35,873 nt of DNA from Hadesarchaea archaeon (GTDB taxonomy: Archaea > Hadarchaeota > Hadarchaeia > Hadarchaeales > Hadarchaeaceae). This document shows, one piece after another, positions 14,889 to 22,990 of the stretch; position 1 is the first letter of the stretch, and each line of letters begins with the position of its first letter. The DNA lies in assembly GCA_030615805.1 (NCBI GenBank), contig JAUWYN010000002.1, forward strand, positions 1 to 35,873, written 5' to 3'. The position numbers were made by a program, and so were the translations under genes. The notes under the pieces were generated by a model. It was not told the origin of the DNA. It worked only from the letters and a program-made list of their open reading frames with translations, and did not search any database.

Positions 14889-17599
14889 ACCACCCCATTT
14901 ATTCTTAGATACGCTATGGTTAAAATTATTAGCGTTGGGAGAACGAACTTGAGGAACTGCTTCGTCCATTCTTGTCTCCGGCGGCCCGGTGCTATTGATG
15001 AGAAGTGAAGGGCAACCACCGCGAATATTAAAACCCACGCCCCGACGACTGCCATCATCGGCGTGATCACTATTCCCTCAGTTCTGATGTATAGAAGGGT
15101 GAGCACGGCGAATGTCGGGATTATCCACTTCGAGATGTCATGCGCCCACCTCCGCTTGAGCGGACCATCTTTAAGCGATGAGAGATATACCGCGCACACG
15201 GCGAGCAGGGCCGCCCATACACCCATAATCGGCAACGCTGGCTTGGGGATCCCGACCACTGGGGGCTCCTCCGGCGGCTCCTCCTCCGGCGGAACCCACC
15301 CCGGCGCTCCCGGTCCCCACTCGGCGGTCACGTTGATTACAATCGTGGTCGTGCTCGTTTCACCGCTCGGGTCCGTGACCGTGATTGTGACGGTGTAATC
15401 TCCCTCGCTTCCATACACGTGGTCGGGATTCTCCTCGTCCGATGATGTGAAGTCGCCAAAGTCCCAGTGGTAGGTCAGCTCGTCTCCGTCGGGATCCGTC
15501 CCGGTCCCCTCGAAGTGGATCACCTCGCCCACCGTGGCGTCGTACCCGTCGGGCGGCCAGTCGATTGTCGGCGTATAGGGTACTCTATTAACAGCAATTT
15601 CAAATGTGCCGCCAGTGAGCCAATCCGACCATACAAAGTTATCGTAGACCCTGACCCGCCAGTGATAGGTGACTCCCTCCGTAAGCGCGGCCCCTGAGTA
15701 AGTGATAAAGTTATCTGGGTTCTGCTGGTTGTTGTCCCACATGTCGTTTCCGTCAGCAACCGTCCCGACCTGAATCTGGAAGTTCTCTTGGGCATCGGTG
15801 TCGTTGTCCTGATAGTCCCAGCTCAGGACGGGGGTATCAGAGTCCACATCAGTTGGATCCACCTCATTGTCGGTTTCCTGATTCTCAGCAAGTGGTTTCG
15901 TGTTAGTGACAAGTATGCTGTTATCGAAGTGCGGGCTCGGAGATTCCCCGTATAAGGTGTAAATATACGCAAACACCCTCATGTTATCGTGAGCGTCAAC
16001 ACTCTGTACAACGTACTCGTCGTTGACGTGGGGGCCTTGTCTGGTAATACTATCGTTCTCGTTGTAGAAGGTGTAATATATAAACATCATATCATCATCC
16101 GCGTCCGAATGGCCCGATGCGGTTGCCGTCAGAGTGTTGCCGACGTATATGGGGTCGGGTGATAATGCTATCATCGTCGGTTTCGTTGGGAGCGTGTCGG
16201 TTATAACCACACTGTTCTCAAGGTTATCCGCCGAATTTTCATATCCATCGTAGGCCATGACGAACACTCTGATGTTGTCGTGAGCATCAAGCGCAACGAC
16301 GAGGGTGTAAGAATTGTCGGTGTTCCAGTCCTGCCTCATCGTCGAATCTGTTTCGTTGTAGAAAGCATAATAGTAGGTTATCGCGTCACCGTCGGCATCA
16401 GTAGAACCACTTCCAGCGCCAACCAATTCGTCGGTAATATAACAAGGTGAAGGAGTTAGTACCAAAGTGGTCGGAGTAGTTGGTGCAACATTAGCAGTAA
16501 TCTCGAACGTCCAAGTGTTCTCTGACCAGTTCTCGGTGGAGTTCGCAACCCCCGCAACTTTCCACCAATAGTTATCAACGGGCAACTCGTTCTCTATCTC
16601 CGTGCCCGAGTTGTCCCACGCGCTCGCGTTGTCGTAGATGTTCTCCCCGTCGTCGAAGCCCTGGGAGTTGTCTATCACCAAGCGGTGGCTCGTCGCGTCG
16701 GAGCCGTTCTCCCAAACGAAGGTCGGGGTGTTGTCGGAAGTTGAATGTTGATTTTCTGGAGATACAAGAACGGGTTTCCCTGGTGCTGCTACGCTCGGTT
16801 GAATAGCGACAGTGTTAGTGACCCACTGTTCAGATGCGGATATTGTGAAAGGGAGAGGGTTTTCGCTTTCAGCGTTGAGTTCCCTTCTGGCAGAGCCAAC
16901 ACCACAACCGCCAGCGGCATTAGCATAATCGTTTCGCCCATCTGTATAATCGGTAGGATAGGCGGATACAATATCTTTATCATCATTACCCTGAACGGCA
17001 AACCACAGAGTATCCTTTGCCCCCCAAGAAGGAGTTAAACTTGGCGGGTCGGGATTTGCATCAAGCCCCGTAGCTGGAGTCCCCACTTCTGGCGTTCCCG
17101 AATACCCCGTAATGCGGTAGGAAGTATGAGCCGTCATCTCGCTGGTCGAAGTAGTAACAGTAATGGTAGCCCCTTCACCCCCCTCTGCTATGCGATACCA
17201 AGCCCCAACCTTGACGTATATGTTTGTTGTCTGAAATAACTGCGTCCAGCCCTCAGGGAAGGTTATGGTGATTCCCGCATCAGAAACAAAGAATACTAAT
17301 AATAAATCTCCCACCGAAATATCGCTGGGCAGATTTACAGTATGCTCTGTGGATTCAGTAGTATTATTCCCGCCATTCTCTGCCGCGACCACAGGATAAC
17401 TGTCTGGAGATGCTGCGGCAATTTCAGTTTGGCCGATTGTCGAGATGAGGGGCAAAAAGCTGGCGGCGAGCAAAAAGGCCATCAGCAAGGCCGAGGCTCG
17501 CCGTTTGCCCCAGCCCAATTCTGTAAATTTTACCATCCCGAAGCCCTCATCGATGCTTCCTGCCGATTTTCCAACCACCTTTGACTTTGCGTATTTCAT
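14885..17599 (-). CDS. Large secreted, membrane-anchored surface protein (904 aa; alternative start 17536) with a PKD domain: candidate spike/adhesin 1
   Basis: Signal-like MVKFTELGWGKRRASALLMAFLLAASFLPL. Tandem 95-100 aa domain duplication. PKD: DGDELTYHWDFGD...GDYTVTITVTD. Pro/Glu linker GAPGWVPPEEEPPEEPP. Four C-terminal TM helices. Confidence 0.85.
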   Translation of the reverse strand: MKYAKSKVVGKSAGSIDEGFGMVKFTELGWGKRRASALLMAFLLAASFLPLISTIGQTEIAAASPDSYPVVAAENGGNNTTESTEHTVNLPSDISVGDLLLVFFVSDAGITITFPEGWTQLFQTTNIYVKVGAWYRIAEGGEGATITVTTSTSEMTAHTSYRITGYSGTPEVGTPATGLDANPDPPSLTPSWGAKDTLWFAVQGNDDKDIVSAYPTDYTDGRNDYANAAGGCGVGSARRELNAESENPLPFTISASEQWVTNTVAIQPSVAAPGKPVLVSPENQHSTSDNTPTFVWENGSDATSHRLVIDNSQGFDDGENIYDNASAWDNSGTEIENELPVDNYWWKVAGVANSTENWSENTWTFEITANVAPTTPTTLVLTPSPCYITDELVGAGSGSTDADGDAITYYYAFYNETDSTMRQDWNTDNSYTLVVALDAHDNIRVFVMAYDGYENSADNLENSVVITDTLPTKPTMIALSPDPIYVGNTLTATASGHSDADDDMMFIYYTFYNENDSITRQGPHVNDEYVVQSVDAHDNMRVFAYIYTLYGESPSPHFDNSILVTNTKPLAENQETDNEVDPTDVDSDTPVLSWDYQDNDTDAQENFQIQVGTVADGNDMWDNNQQNPDNFITYSGAALTEGVTYHWRVRVYDNFVWSDWLTGGTFEIAVNRVPYTPTIDWPPDGYDATVGEVIHFEGTGTDPDGDELTYHWDFGDFTSSDEENPDHVYGSEGDYTVTITVTDPSGETSTTTIVINVTAEWGPGAPGWVPPEEEPPEEPPVVGIPKPALPIMGVWAALLAVCAVYLSSLKDGPLKRRWAHDISKWIIPTFAVLTLLYIRTEGIVITPMMAVVGAWVLIFAVVALHFSSIAPGRRRQEWTKQFLKFVLPTLIILTIAYLRINGVV

Positions 17600-17660
17600 G
17601 CCCCGGCGCGAATCGTTTGGCCCATCGTTTCGAGCGATACGTTTTTCCGACGCATCCCAT
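17547..17660 (-). CDS. Possible basic miniprotein (37 aa) overlapping the 5' end of the 904-aa ORF in another frame
   Basis: AGGAGGTGGATAACC-ATG lies immediately after the integrase stop. MGCVGKTYRSKRWAKRFAPGHEIRKVKGGWKIGRKHR. Confidence 0.25.
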   Translation of the reverse strand: MGCVGKTYRSKRWAKRFAPGHEIRKVKGGWKIGRKHR

Positions 17661-17675
17661 GGTTATCCACCTCCT

Positions 17676-18539
17676 TTAGCTCCATAAGGGGAGAAATGGG
17701 TGCTTCCGCAGTATCTTCTCGTCGATCATCTTCAAGTCCTCTGGCTCCAATTCCCCCGCGTAAATTTCGACCATCTCATCCTTCTTTTGTTCCCAGCGCA
17801 TGAAGTTGTGAATGTCGTCGCTGGGGTGTCCAGCCCTCCTTAGTGCTCGCACCAATGCCCGCCGGATTTTGTGCCATCCATCGCCTTTATTCGTGGTGGC
17901 CCCGCACATCCCGCATATATCATGGAAAAGTGTACTCATCTTCTTCTTGGAGATTATCGGTTCGGGGTTCTCGAAGTCGTAGGCACTGAGGATGGGGTGA
18001 AGTGCTTTCGGGACGATGTGCCATCGCGGATCCCCTCCCTTGCCGACTTTGATGAGTATTCTTTTTCCCCTCAAGTCCCCCTTTCGCTGGCGCGTCAATT
18101 CCTCCCGCCTTAAACCGTAAATTATCGACAACGCCAAGTAATAGCGGTCGCGGGGATTGAGCACGTTGCTATTTCCGACTAACTGCGCTATTTCATCGCT
18201 TGAGAACCTGACCCTCTTTATGGATGATCTCGGGACTCGCGGTGGCTTCAAGTCATCCGTGTGCGGCCACTTGATTTTCTCCAGCCTAAACATGCGCTTC
18301 ATAACATAGAAATTGAACCTCCTGTAACTCGGTTTTGTGTCCGCGAGGGTTCCCCCGATGAGTTTCATAATTCCATCTTCGTCCCAGCTAACGAGGTTGT
18401 CTAAAATGAGCGGCACCTGTTGGGCGAACCTCTCCACGGTTGATTCGGCCCGCCCCTCGGACCTCAACATCGCCTCTAACCTTGGAACGAAATTAGCAGT
18501 TTCGTTACTGTGTCGCAATTTTATCCTCCGCTTGTTCAT
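17676..18539 (-). CDS. Tyrosine recombinase / integrase
   Basis: LALSIIYGLRREEL (Arg I), GWHKIRRALVRALRRAG (H-x-x-R) and EMVEIYAGE (catalytic Tyr region). Confidence 0.9.
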   Translation of the reverse strand: MNKRRIKLRHSNETANFVPRLEAMLRSEGRAESTVERFAQQVPLILDNLVSWDEDGIMKLIGGTLADTKPSYRRFNFYVMKRMFRLEKIKWPHTDDLKPPRVPRSSIKRVRFSSDEIAQLVGNSNVLNPRDRYYLALSIIYGLRREELTRQRKGDLRGKRILIKVGKGGDPRWHIVPKALHPILSAYDFENPEPIISKKKMSTLFHDICGMCGATTNKGDGWHKIRRALVRALRRAGHPSDDIHNFMRWEQKKDEMVEIYAGELEPEDLKMIDEKILRKHPFLPLWS

Positions 18540-19641
18540 AATTACTTATTGCCTTACCTTCTCTCTCTATGCTATTCGATTCAGAATCCCATTTGCGGGA
18601 TTGACACTTGGGACACATAGCGGGGGGGAATTCGCTTCTTTGGGGCCACCTATGACCGCACGTTTTACATTCCAAGATTATTTTCTGTTTCTTCGGGACT
18701 TGGACTTTGAACAGGCTCTCCTCCCGTGTTATGTCGTGCAGCGCGAAGGCCGCCCTGAACTCCTCATGCCCTGGGAAGCGGGGCATTGGCTGCCAGAACG
18801 AGATGATGAACTTGTCTGGCGGGCGAGGGTTCCACACCGTCGTCTCGGTGACATCAAGGGGGATCTGGCGGCTCAAGTGCTCGATCAGGCCGCGCTCCCC
18901 GAACGTCTTCGCCACGTCGGAGATCGGCTTTATTATCAGCGCGGTGAGGAGCCTTATCGGGTTCAGCCCCAAGATGTTCAAGCTCTGCGTGGCGATCAGG
19001 ACGATGAGCTGCTTGTGGCCGACTATCGCGCAGAGCTTCACCAGCCACTTCTGCTGGGTCTTCATGTGGTCCCCGGCGAACGCCCGCAAGCCCCCCTCGT
19101 CGATAATCAGCATCGCGCCGTTCGGAACCTCTTTGAGGTCATCGCATAGGGTCATCCACTTCGGGTGCTTCAGGTTCTTGTCCTTGGTGAAATAAACAAT
19201 CGTCTTCTTCGGCTTTATCTCGTGCATTATCTCGGCGAGCCACAGCATCGTCATCGTCTTTCCCTCTTGCTGCCCACCCAGAACGGGAATGACGCCGAAG
19301 TTCAGCGACCACAGCCAGCTCACGATCTTCGCTATCTTCACGTCGTTCTCCTTGGTCTGATTGTCGATCATGTGGTAGGCGACGTGGGGGTGCTTCAGCA
19401 TCCAGCGCGTCTGCGGGTCCCAGTCCTCGTGGTTGAAGTTCTGCCGCACGAAGCTCCTGATGACCCCGATGTGCGAATAGGCCCAGCGGAAGTAGGTGTT
19501 GGGCACTGTTTCTTGGCTGCCGTTTAGCCTCAGCGGGAAGCGGGGCACGAAGTCGTGGTGTTTCTCGTCTTGCCAGCACTTTGAGCAAACTTGGTCGCAT
19601 TGAACGCAACCGTCGTAGTTGGTCACGCCAAGAAGCCCCAT
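18505..19641 (-). CDS. P-loop NTPase with a C-terminal zinc ribbon
   Basis: Start at MGLLGVTNYDG (TGATG junction with the upstream gene). Walker A GGQQEGKT, Walker B AMLIIDEGG. CKTCGHRW...CPKCQSRKW. N-terminal CVQCDQVCSKC. Confidence 0.8.
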   Translation of the reverse strand: MGLLGVTNYDGCVQCDQVCSKCWQDEKHHDFVPRFPLRLNGSQETVPNTYFRWAYSHIGVIRSFVRQNFNHEDWDPQTRWMLKHPHVAYHMIDNQTKENDVKIAKIVSWLWSLNFGVIPVLGGQQEGKTMTMLWLAEIMHEIKPKKTIVYFTKDKNLKHPKWMTLCDDLKEVPNGAMLIIDEGGLRAFAGDHMKTQQKWLVKLCAIVGHKQLIVLIATQSLNILGLNPIRLLTALIIKPISDVAKTFGERGLIEHLSRQIPLDVTETTVWNPRPPDKFIISFWQPMPRFPGHEEFRAAFALHDITREESLFKVQVPKKQKIILECKTCGHRWPQRSEFPPAMCPKCQSRKWDSESNSIEREGKAISNYEQAEDKIATQ

Positions 19642-20366
19642 CAGTCCTCCTCCTGCTTCGGCCCGCCGCTGCTCAAGAACTTCTTGTACCACGGGCGGTG
19701 GAAGTCCTTGATCTCCTCGCGCAGAGCTAGGAGCTGCCTTATGATTCGGTCGCGCTCGGTCACTTGCTTGTTTAGGTCCTTCAGCTCGCCCTCGGTGCTC
19801 GAGAGCTTTATTATCGCGTCTCTAAACTCCTGATCTTCTCCTTCATCTACGATGGGCGTAATGGTGAAATAGTACGGGGATTTAAAGTACCCGAACCCCG
19901 CGTGGGTGATGTAGTCGCGGACCTCCTGCGGCAGCGCGTCCTTCGAGCATTGAATCGGGGCCGCCCGTAAATGCAAGACCTTCGTGGGGTTGGTCGCCGC
20001 GGCTTGCAGTAGCACGGTGGGAAACACTAGAGTCCCTTCCCCAGACTTCCACTCGATGCCGCCAGTGCTGAACCCGCCGGCCGCGATGATGGTGTGTTTT
20101 CCCTTCGTGTGGACGGCGTGGGGGTGATAGGAAAAATGTAGGCCGTTCTCGCAGAATATCTGGGAGGAATTTTGATACCTCAGCTCATTCTCCTCAGCTC
20201 CGAGCACCCAGCACACCAACGAGAGAAAAATTGCCGCGATAATCGTCCCGCCGATTTCTGGTGGCCCCCACGAATCGCGGAACACGATTGCCAGCAACCA
20301 GATGAAGCCTATGAAGATGAGACGGTACTTGTATGACCTCCAGCCGAACTTCTCCTCCTCGTACAT
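19641..20366 (-). CDS. Membrane protein (2 N-terminal TM) with a globular domain and a C-terminal coiled coil
   Basis: YRLIFIGFIWLLAIVF, GGTIIAAIFLSLVCWVLG and KLSSTEGELKDLNKQVTERDRIIRQLLALREEI. Confidence 0.7.
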   Translation of the reverse strand: MYEEEKFGWRSYKYRLIFIGFIWLLAIVFRDSWGPPEIGGTIIAAIFLSLVCWVLGAEENELRYQNSSQIFCENGLHFSYHPHAVHTKGKHTIIAAGGFSTGGIEWKSGEGTLVFPTVLLQAAATNPTKVLHLRAAPIQCSKDALPQEVRDYITHAGFGYFKSPYYFTITPIVDEGEDQEFRDAIIKLSSTEGELKDLNKQVTERDRIIRQLLALREEIKDFHRPWYKKFLSSGGPKQEED

Positions 20367-21365
20367 TCACTTCTTCCCCCGCTTCTTCGGCTTGAGTTGA
20401 CTTTTCAGAGTTGCTAATTCTTGTTCCTTCTCGCGGATTGCATCTGCGTCCTCGCCCCTCTCCCTCATCGCGCCGATCTCGTTCGCAAGCATCGCAACCT
20501 TGTCCTCCGGCGCTACCTCTGACGTCAAGAATTTTCGAGGAACTTTGGGCGATGGCGTTGTCGCCCTCGACCTTGTGATGGACACCGCCACCGCCACAAT
20601 CGCCACGACAATCGCGGCGAAGCCGATGTATAGGGCTTGATCGATCTCGGATTCGGCATCTGCCATCCGCTCCTCGATCTGCATGTTTGCGATGTCGTTG
20701 CCGATTGCTGCTCGAATCTTCGCCTCCCGATTGTCCAGCAGCTTCACATACCATTCCACATCGACAGGGTGGCTGTTCTCGGGGATGGATGCGTCAATTC
20801 TGTCGAGTTCGGATTTCACCCAAACCAGCAAACCATCGAATCCAAGCCCCACATTCTCATGTAGGGACTCTATCTCAAGCGCCCAATTCTCAGACTCCAG
20901 CGCGACCATGCGAACGATTAAACTTTCAATTTGCCCCGACAGTGAAGCCTCGAGCGCGTCTATGCGGACATCGATCTCCGCCCAACGGTTCTCGGCGTTC
21001 TCGGGGAGGGGAACCGACAAATCGAGGTACACGAGCAGCCCGTCTATTTTTACCGCGAACACATCCTGGGGGACGGACTGGCGGACCGATACCGGAATGT
21101 AGGCGAACTGCACCGTCACGTTCTCGGAGGAAAGCGGGGGGATCGATGTCGGAGTGACGAACACATAGGGCAGGATCACATCGGGGGCCGAGATGTTGGT
21201 TATCGTGAGGTTTTCCCGCTCGTTCTCAGTATTGGTAAATTCGACAACACGCCAAGTCCCTGGGGCGAGGGTGATCTGCGGCTCGGATGCGATGGCGGCA
21301 CCAGAGGCGGCGAGGAGCAGGATAAGGGTCGTGAGGGATATGAGCGCCCAATCTATCCGCTTCAT
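20367..21365 (-). CDS. Secreted coiled-coil protein with a C-terminal TM anchor
   Basis: Signal-like MKRIDWALISLTTLILLLAASGAAIASE. Long helical repeats. YIGFAAIVVAIVAVAVSI anchor and a Lys-rich tail. Confidence 0.7.
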   Translation of the reverse strand: MKRIDWALISLTTLILLLAASGAAIASEPQITLAPGTWRVVEFTNTENERENLTITNISAPDVILPYVFVTPTSIPPLSSENVTVQFAYIPVSVRQSVPQDVFAVKIDGLLVYLDLSVPLPENAENRWAEIDVRIDALEASLSGQIESLIVRMVALESENWALEIESLHENVGLGFDGLLVWVKSELDRIDASIPENSHPVDVEWYVKLLDNREAKIRAAIGNDIANMQIEERMADAESEIDQALYIGFAAIVVAIVAVAVSITRSRATTPSPKVPRKFLTSEVAPEDKVAMLANEIGAMRERGEDADAIREKEQELATLKSQLKPKKRGKK

Positions 21366-21619
21366 TTCTTCGCCTCCTCCTTCTTCTGGAAAAACCGCAG
21401 GAGCTTTCGAGCAGCTATAACATCAATCGGCTCAAAGGATTCATCTACTCTATCTCGAACAAACTCACTCCTAGAAGGAGTTTCACCGTCAGGGTTTGAT
21501 TTCAATTTTTGGCGTTCACCGTCCCATCGTTTGAGTTGACCACGCCTCACTTTGATTGAAATTTGCGTCCAAGGGTCTAATTCCTTGGAGTTGTTTATAG
21601 CATCCAGATTATAACCCAC
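21362..21619 (-). CDS. Ribbon-helix-helix (CopG-like) transcription regulator
   Basis: TQISIKVRRGQLKRWDGERQKL...SRSEFVRDRVDE fits a strand-helix-helix pattern. GTG start. First gene of the minus-strand module, next to palindromic sites. Confidence 0.6.
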   Translation of the reverse strand: MGYNLDAINNSKELDPWTQISIKVRRGQLKRWDGERQKLKSNPDGETPSRSEFVRDRVDESFEPIDVIAARKLLRFFQKKEEAKK

Positions 21620-21676
21620 CGCTGGTTATACAGGTGATACTTGGTAATACCATAGGTTATATAACCATCGGTTGTA
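21610..21676. promoter_or_regulatory. Cluster of GGTWATA / TATAACC half-sites, including the perfect palindrome GGTTATATAACC, in a divergent promoter region
   Basis: TATAACC 21610-21616, GGTTATA 21624-21630, GGTAATA 21643-21649, GGTTATATAACC 21655-21666, GGTTGTA 21670-21676. Confidence 0.7.
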
Positions 21677-21707
21677 TTTTTAACTAGAAAAAATACGGAG
21701 GAAAAGA

Positions 21708-22484
21708 ATGGAACTTGAACTTTGGGGAATGACAGGCTTAATCCTATTCCTTTTCGCTGTCGGAGTAGTACTCGTCTTGAATTGGGCCACTAAAAAGAAG
21801 AACTACCTGAAAGTCATACCGTTCTCGCCACAGGGCCTCGGAATAATCGGCATCATCCTGATTGGAATCGCTGGATACTCGACGGCGTGGTGGGGTTACG
21901 AAGAATTACTCGAGTTACCCACACCAGAACCATCAGTGACGCCCGGAGCGACATACGAGGCAGAGGGGAGCGAGTCCTTGGAAAATACAGATTACGACGC
22001 AAATAGCCGCGTTTTCACTACCCATTACTATGAGAACGTCGGCGCGGAGGAAGCGCAATATCATCCCACAGGGGGAGGCGCGAAAACCCCAGACGCTATT
22101 ATTCCAGTGGTTGTAACCATAACCGTGCACAGAACTGACAGTCTGACGCTGGTGGAGAACGCAGTGTGCAAGGTATGGGCGGTTGTGCCGACATTCTACG
22201 GTGTCAACGAGAACGCCTCGATAGCATACGCACCGATCGACAAGGACACCGGGACGCAGAAGTACGAGGTGGCACTTGCCCCGGCGGGAATATCGGCGCG
22301 TGACGAGTACAACTACTTCTCAATCGGAGCGGCTGGATCGAGGGCAATAACCGTGACCGCCGACCCGTACCACATCGGACTTATCCAGCTGGACAACTTC
22401 GACAGCACCGACGTGAAAATCTACATCTCCGGCATCGACGGCTACTTCACGCTGCGATTCGTGAAGATCGGCGAGACGACTTAG
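21708..22484 (+). CDS. Membrane protein (2 N-terminal TM) with a beta-rich ectodomain; candidate structural protein
   Basis: GGAGG lies 7 nt upstream. LILFLFAVGVVLVLNW, GLGIIGIILIGIAGY. First gene of the membrane-protein module. Confidence 0.7.
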   Translation: MELELWGMTGLILFLFAVGVVLVLNWATKKKNYLKVIPFSPQGLGIIGIILIGIAGYSTAWWGYEELLELPTPEPSVTPGATYEAEGSESLENTDYDANSRVFTTHYYENVGAEEAQYHPTGGGAKTPDAIIPVVVTITVHRTDSLTLVENAVCKVWAVVPTFYGVNENASIAYAPIDKDTGTQKYEVALAPAGISARDEYNYFSIGAAGSRAITVTADPYHIGLIQLDNFDSTDVKIYISGIDGYFTLRFVKIGETT

Positions 22485-22501
22485 GGCGGGAGGTCTAGGC
22501 C

Positions 22502-22990
22502 ATGCGGGACGGCCTGACTCCTGCCACGGCTATTTTCGGCGATAGGGTTAGCGGTGGGGCTAGAGGTGGGAAGATGCGGCTAGGGCGAGACGAGCGAGGA
22601 TTGCTCGGGGTTGCGTGGCTTACTCTCCCAATCCTCATAACTGGGATTCTTGGGCTTTTGGGCATTTCAGCAGTAGCATCTGTCAATTGGGAATTTATCC
22701 TCGCGCTATTTGCTATGGGAATCATTGGAATATCTTTTGTAGGTGTTCTATTTTTCAAGGCAGACAAAAAACTTATCTTGTTTGCCATACTAGCATCAAC
22801 ATTCATAATTGTTCTAGTTGAAGTATCGTTCCCAGTGCTCGTCGGTGGTATCATAGCAATCGCTGCGATGTGGAACATGAAATTGCTGAAGAAACGTCCT
22901 TTGATGTTGGTTACGCTCGTGATGACTGGATTGATTACAATGGTTTGGGGTAGCTATGCAATCATTCTGCCAATGGGGATATTGCCATGA
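22502..22990 (+). CDS. Polytopic membrane protein (about 5 TM)
   Basis: Track ORF, with GGGAGG upstream. Hydrophobic from residue 30 or so to the end. Confidence 0.65.
   Translation: MRDGLTPATAIFGDRVSGGARGGKMRLGRDERGLLGVAWLTLPILITGILGLLGISAVASVNWEFILALFAMGIIGISFVGVLFFKADKKLILFAILASTFIIVLVEVSFPVLVGGIIAIAAMWNMKLLKKRPLMLVTLVMTGLITMVWGSYAIILPMGILP

Noticed and set aside
18337-19195. Plus-strand ORFs 18337..19149 (270 aa) and 18707..19195 (162 aa).
   Set aside because: They are antisense to the integrase and the Walker-motif ATPase. They contain no motifs, and their orientation is inconsistent with the module.
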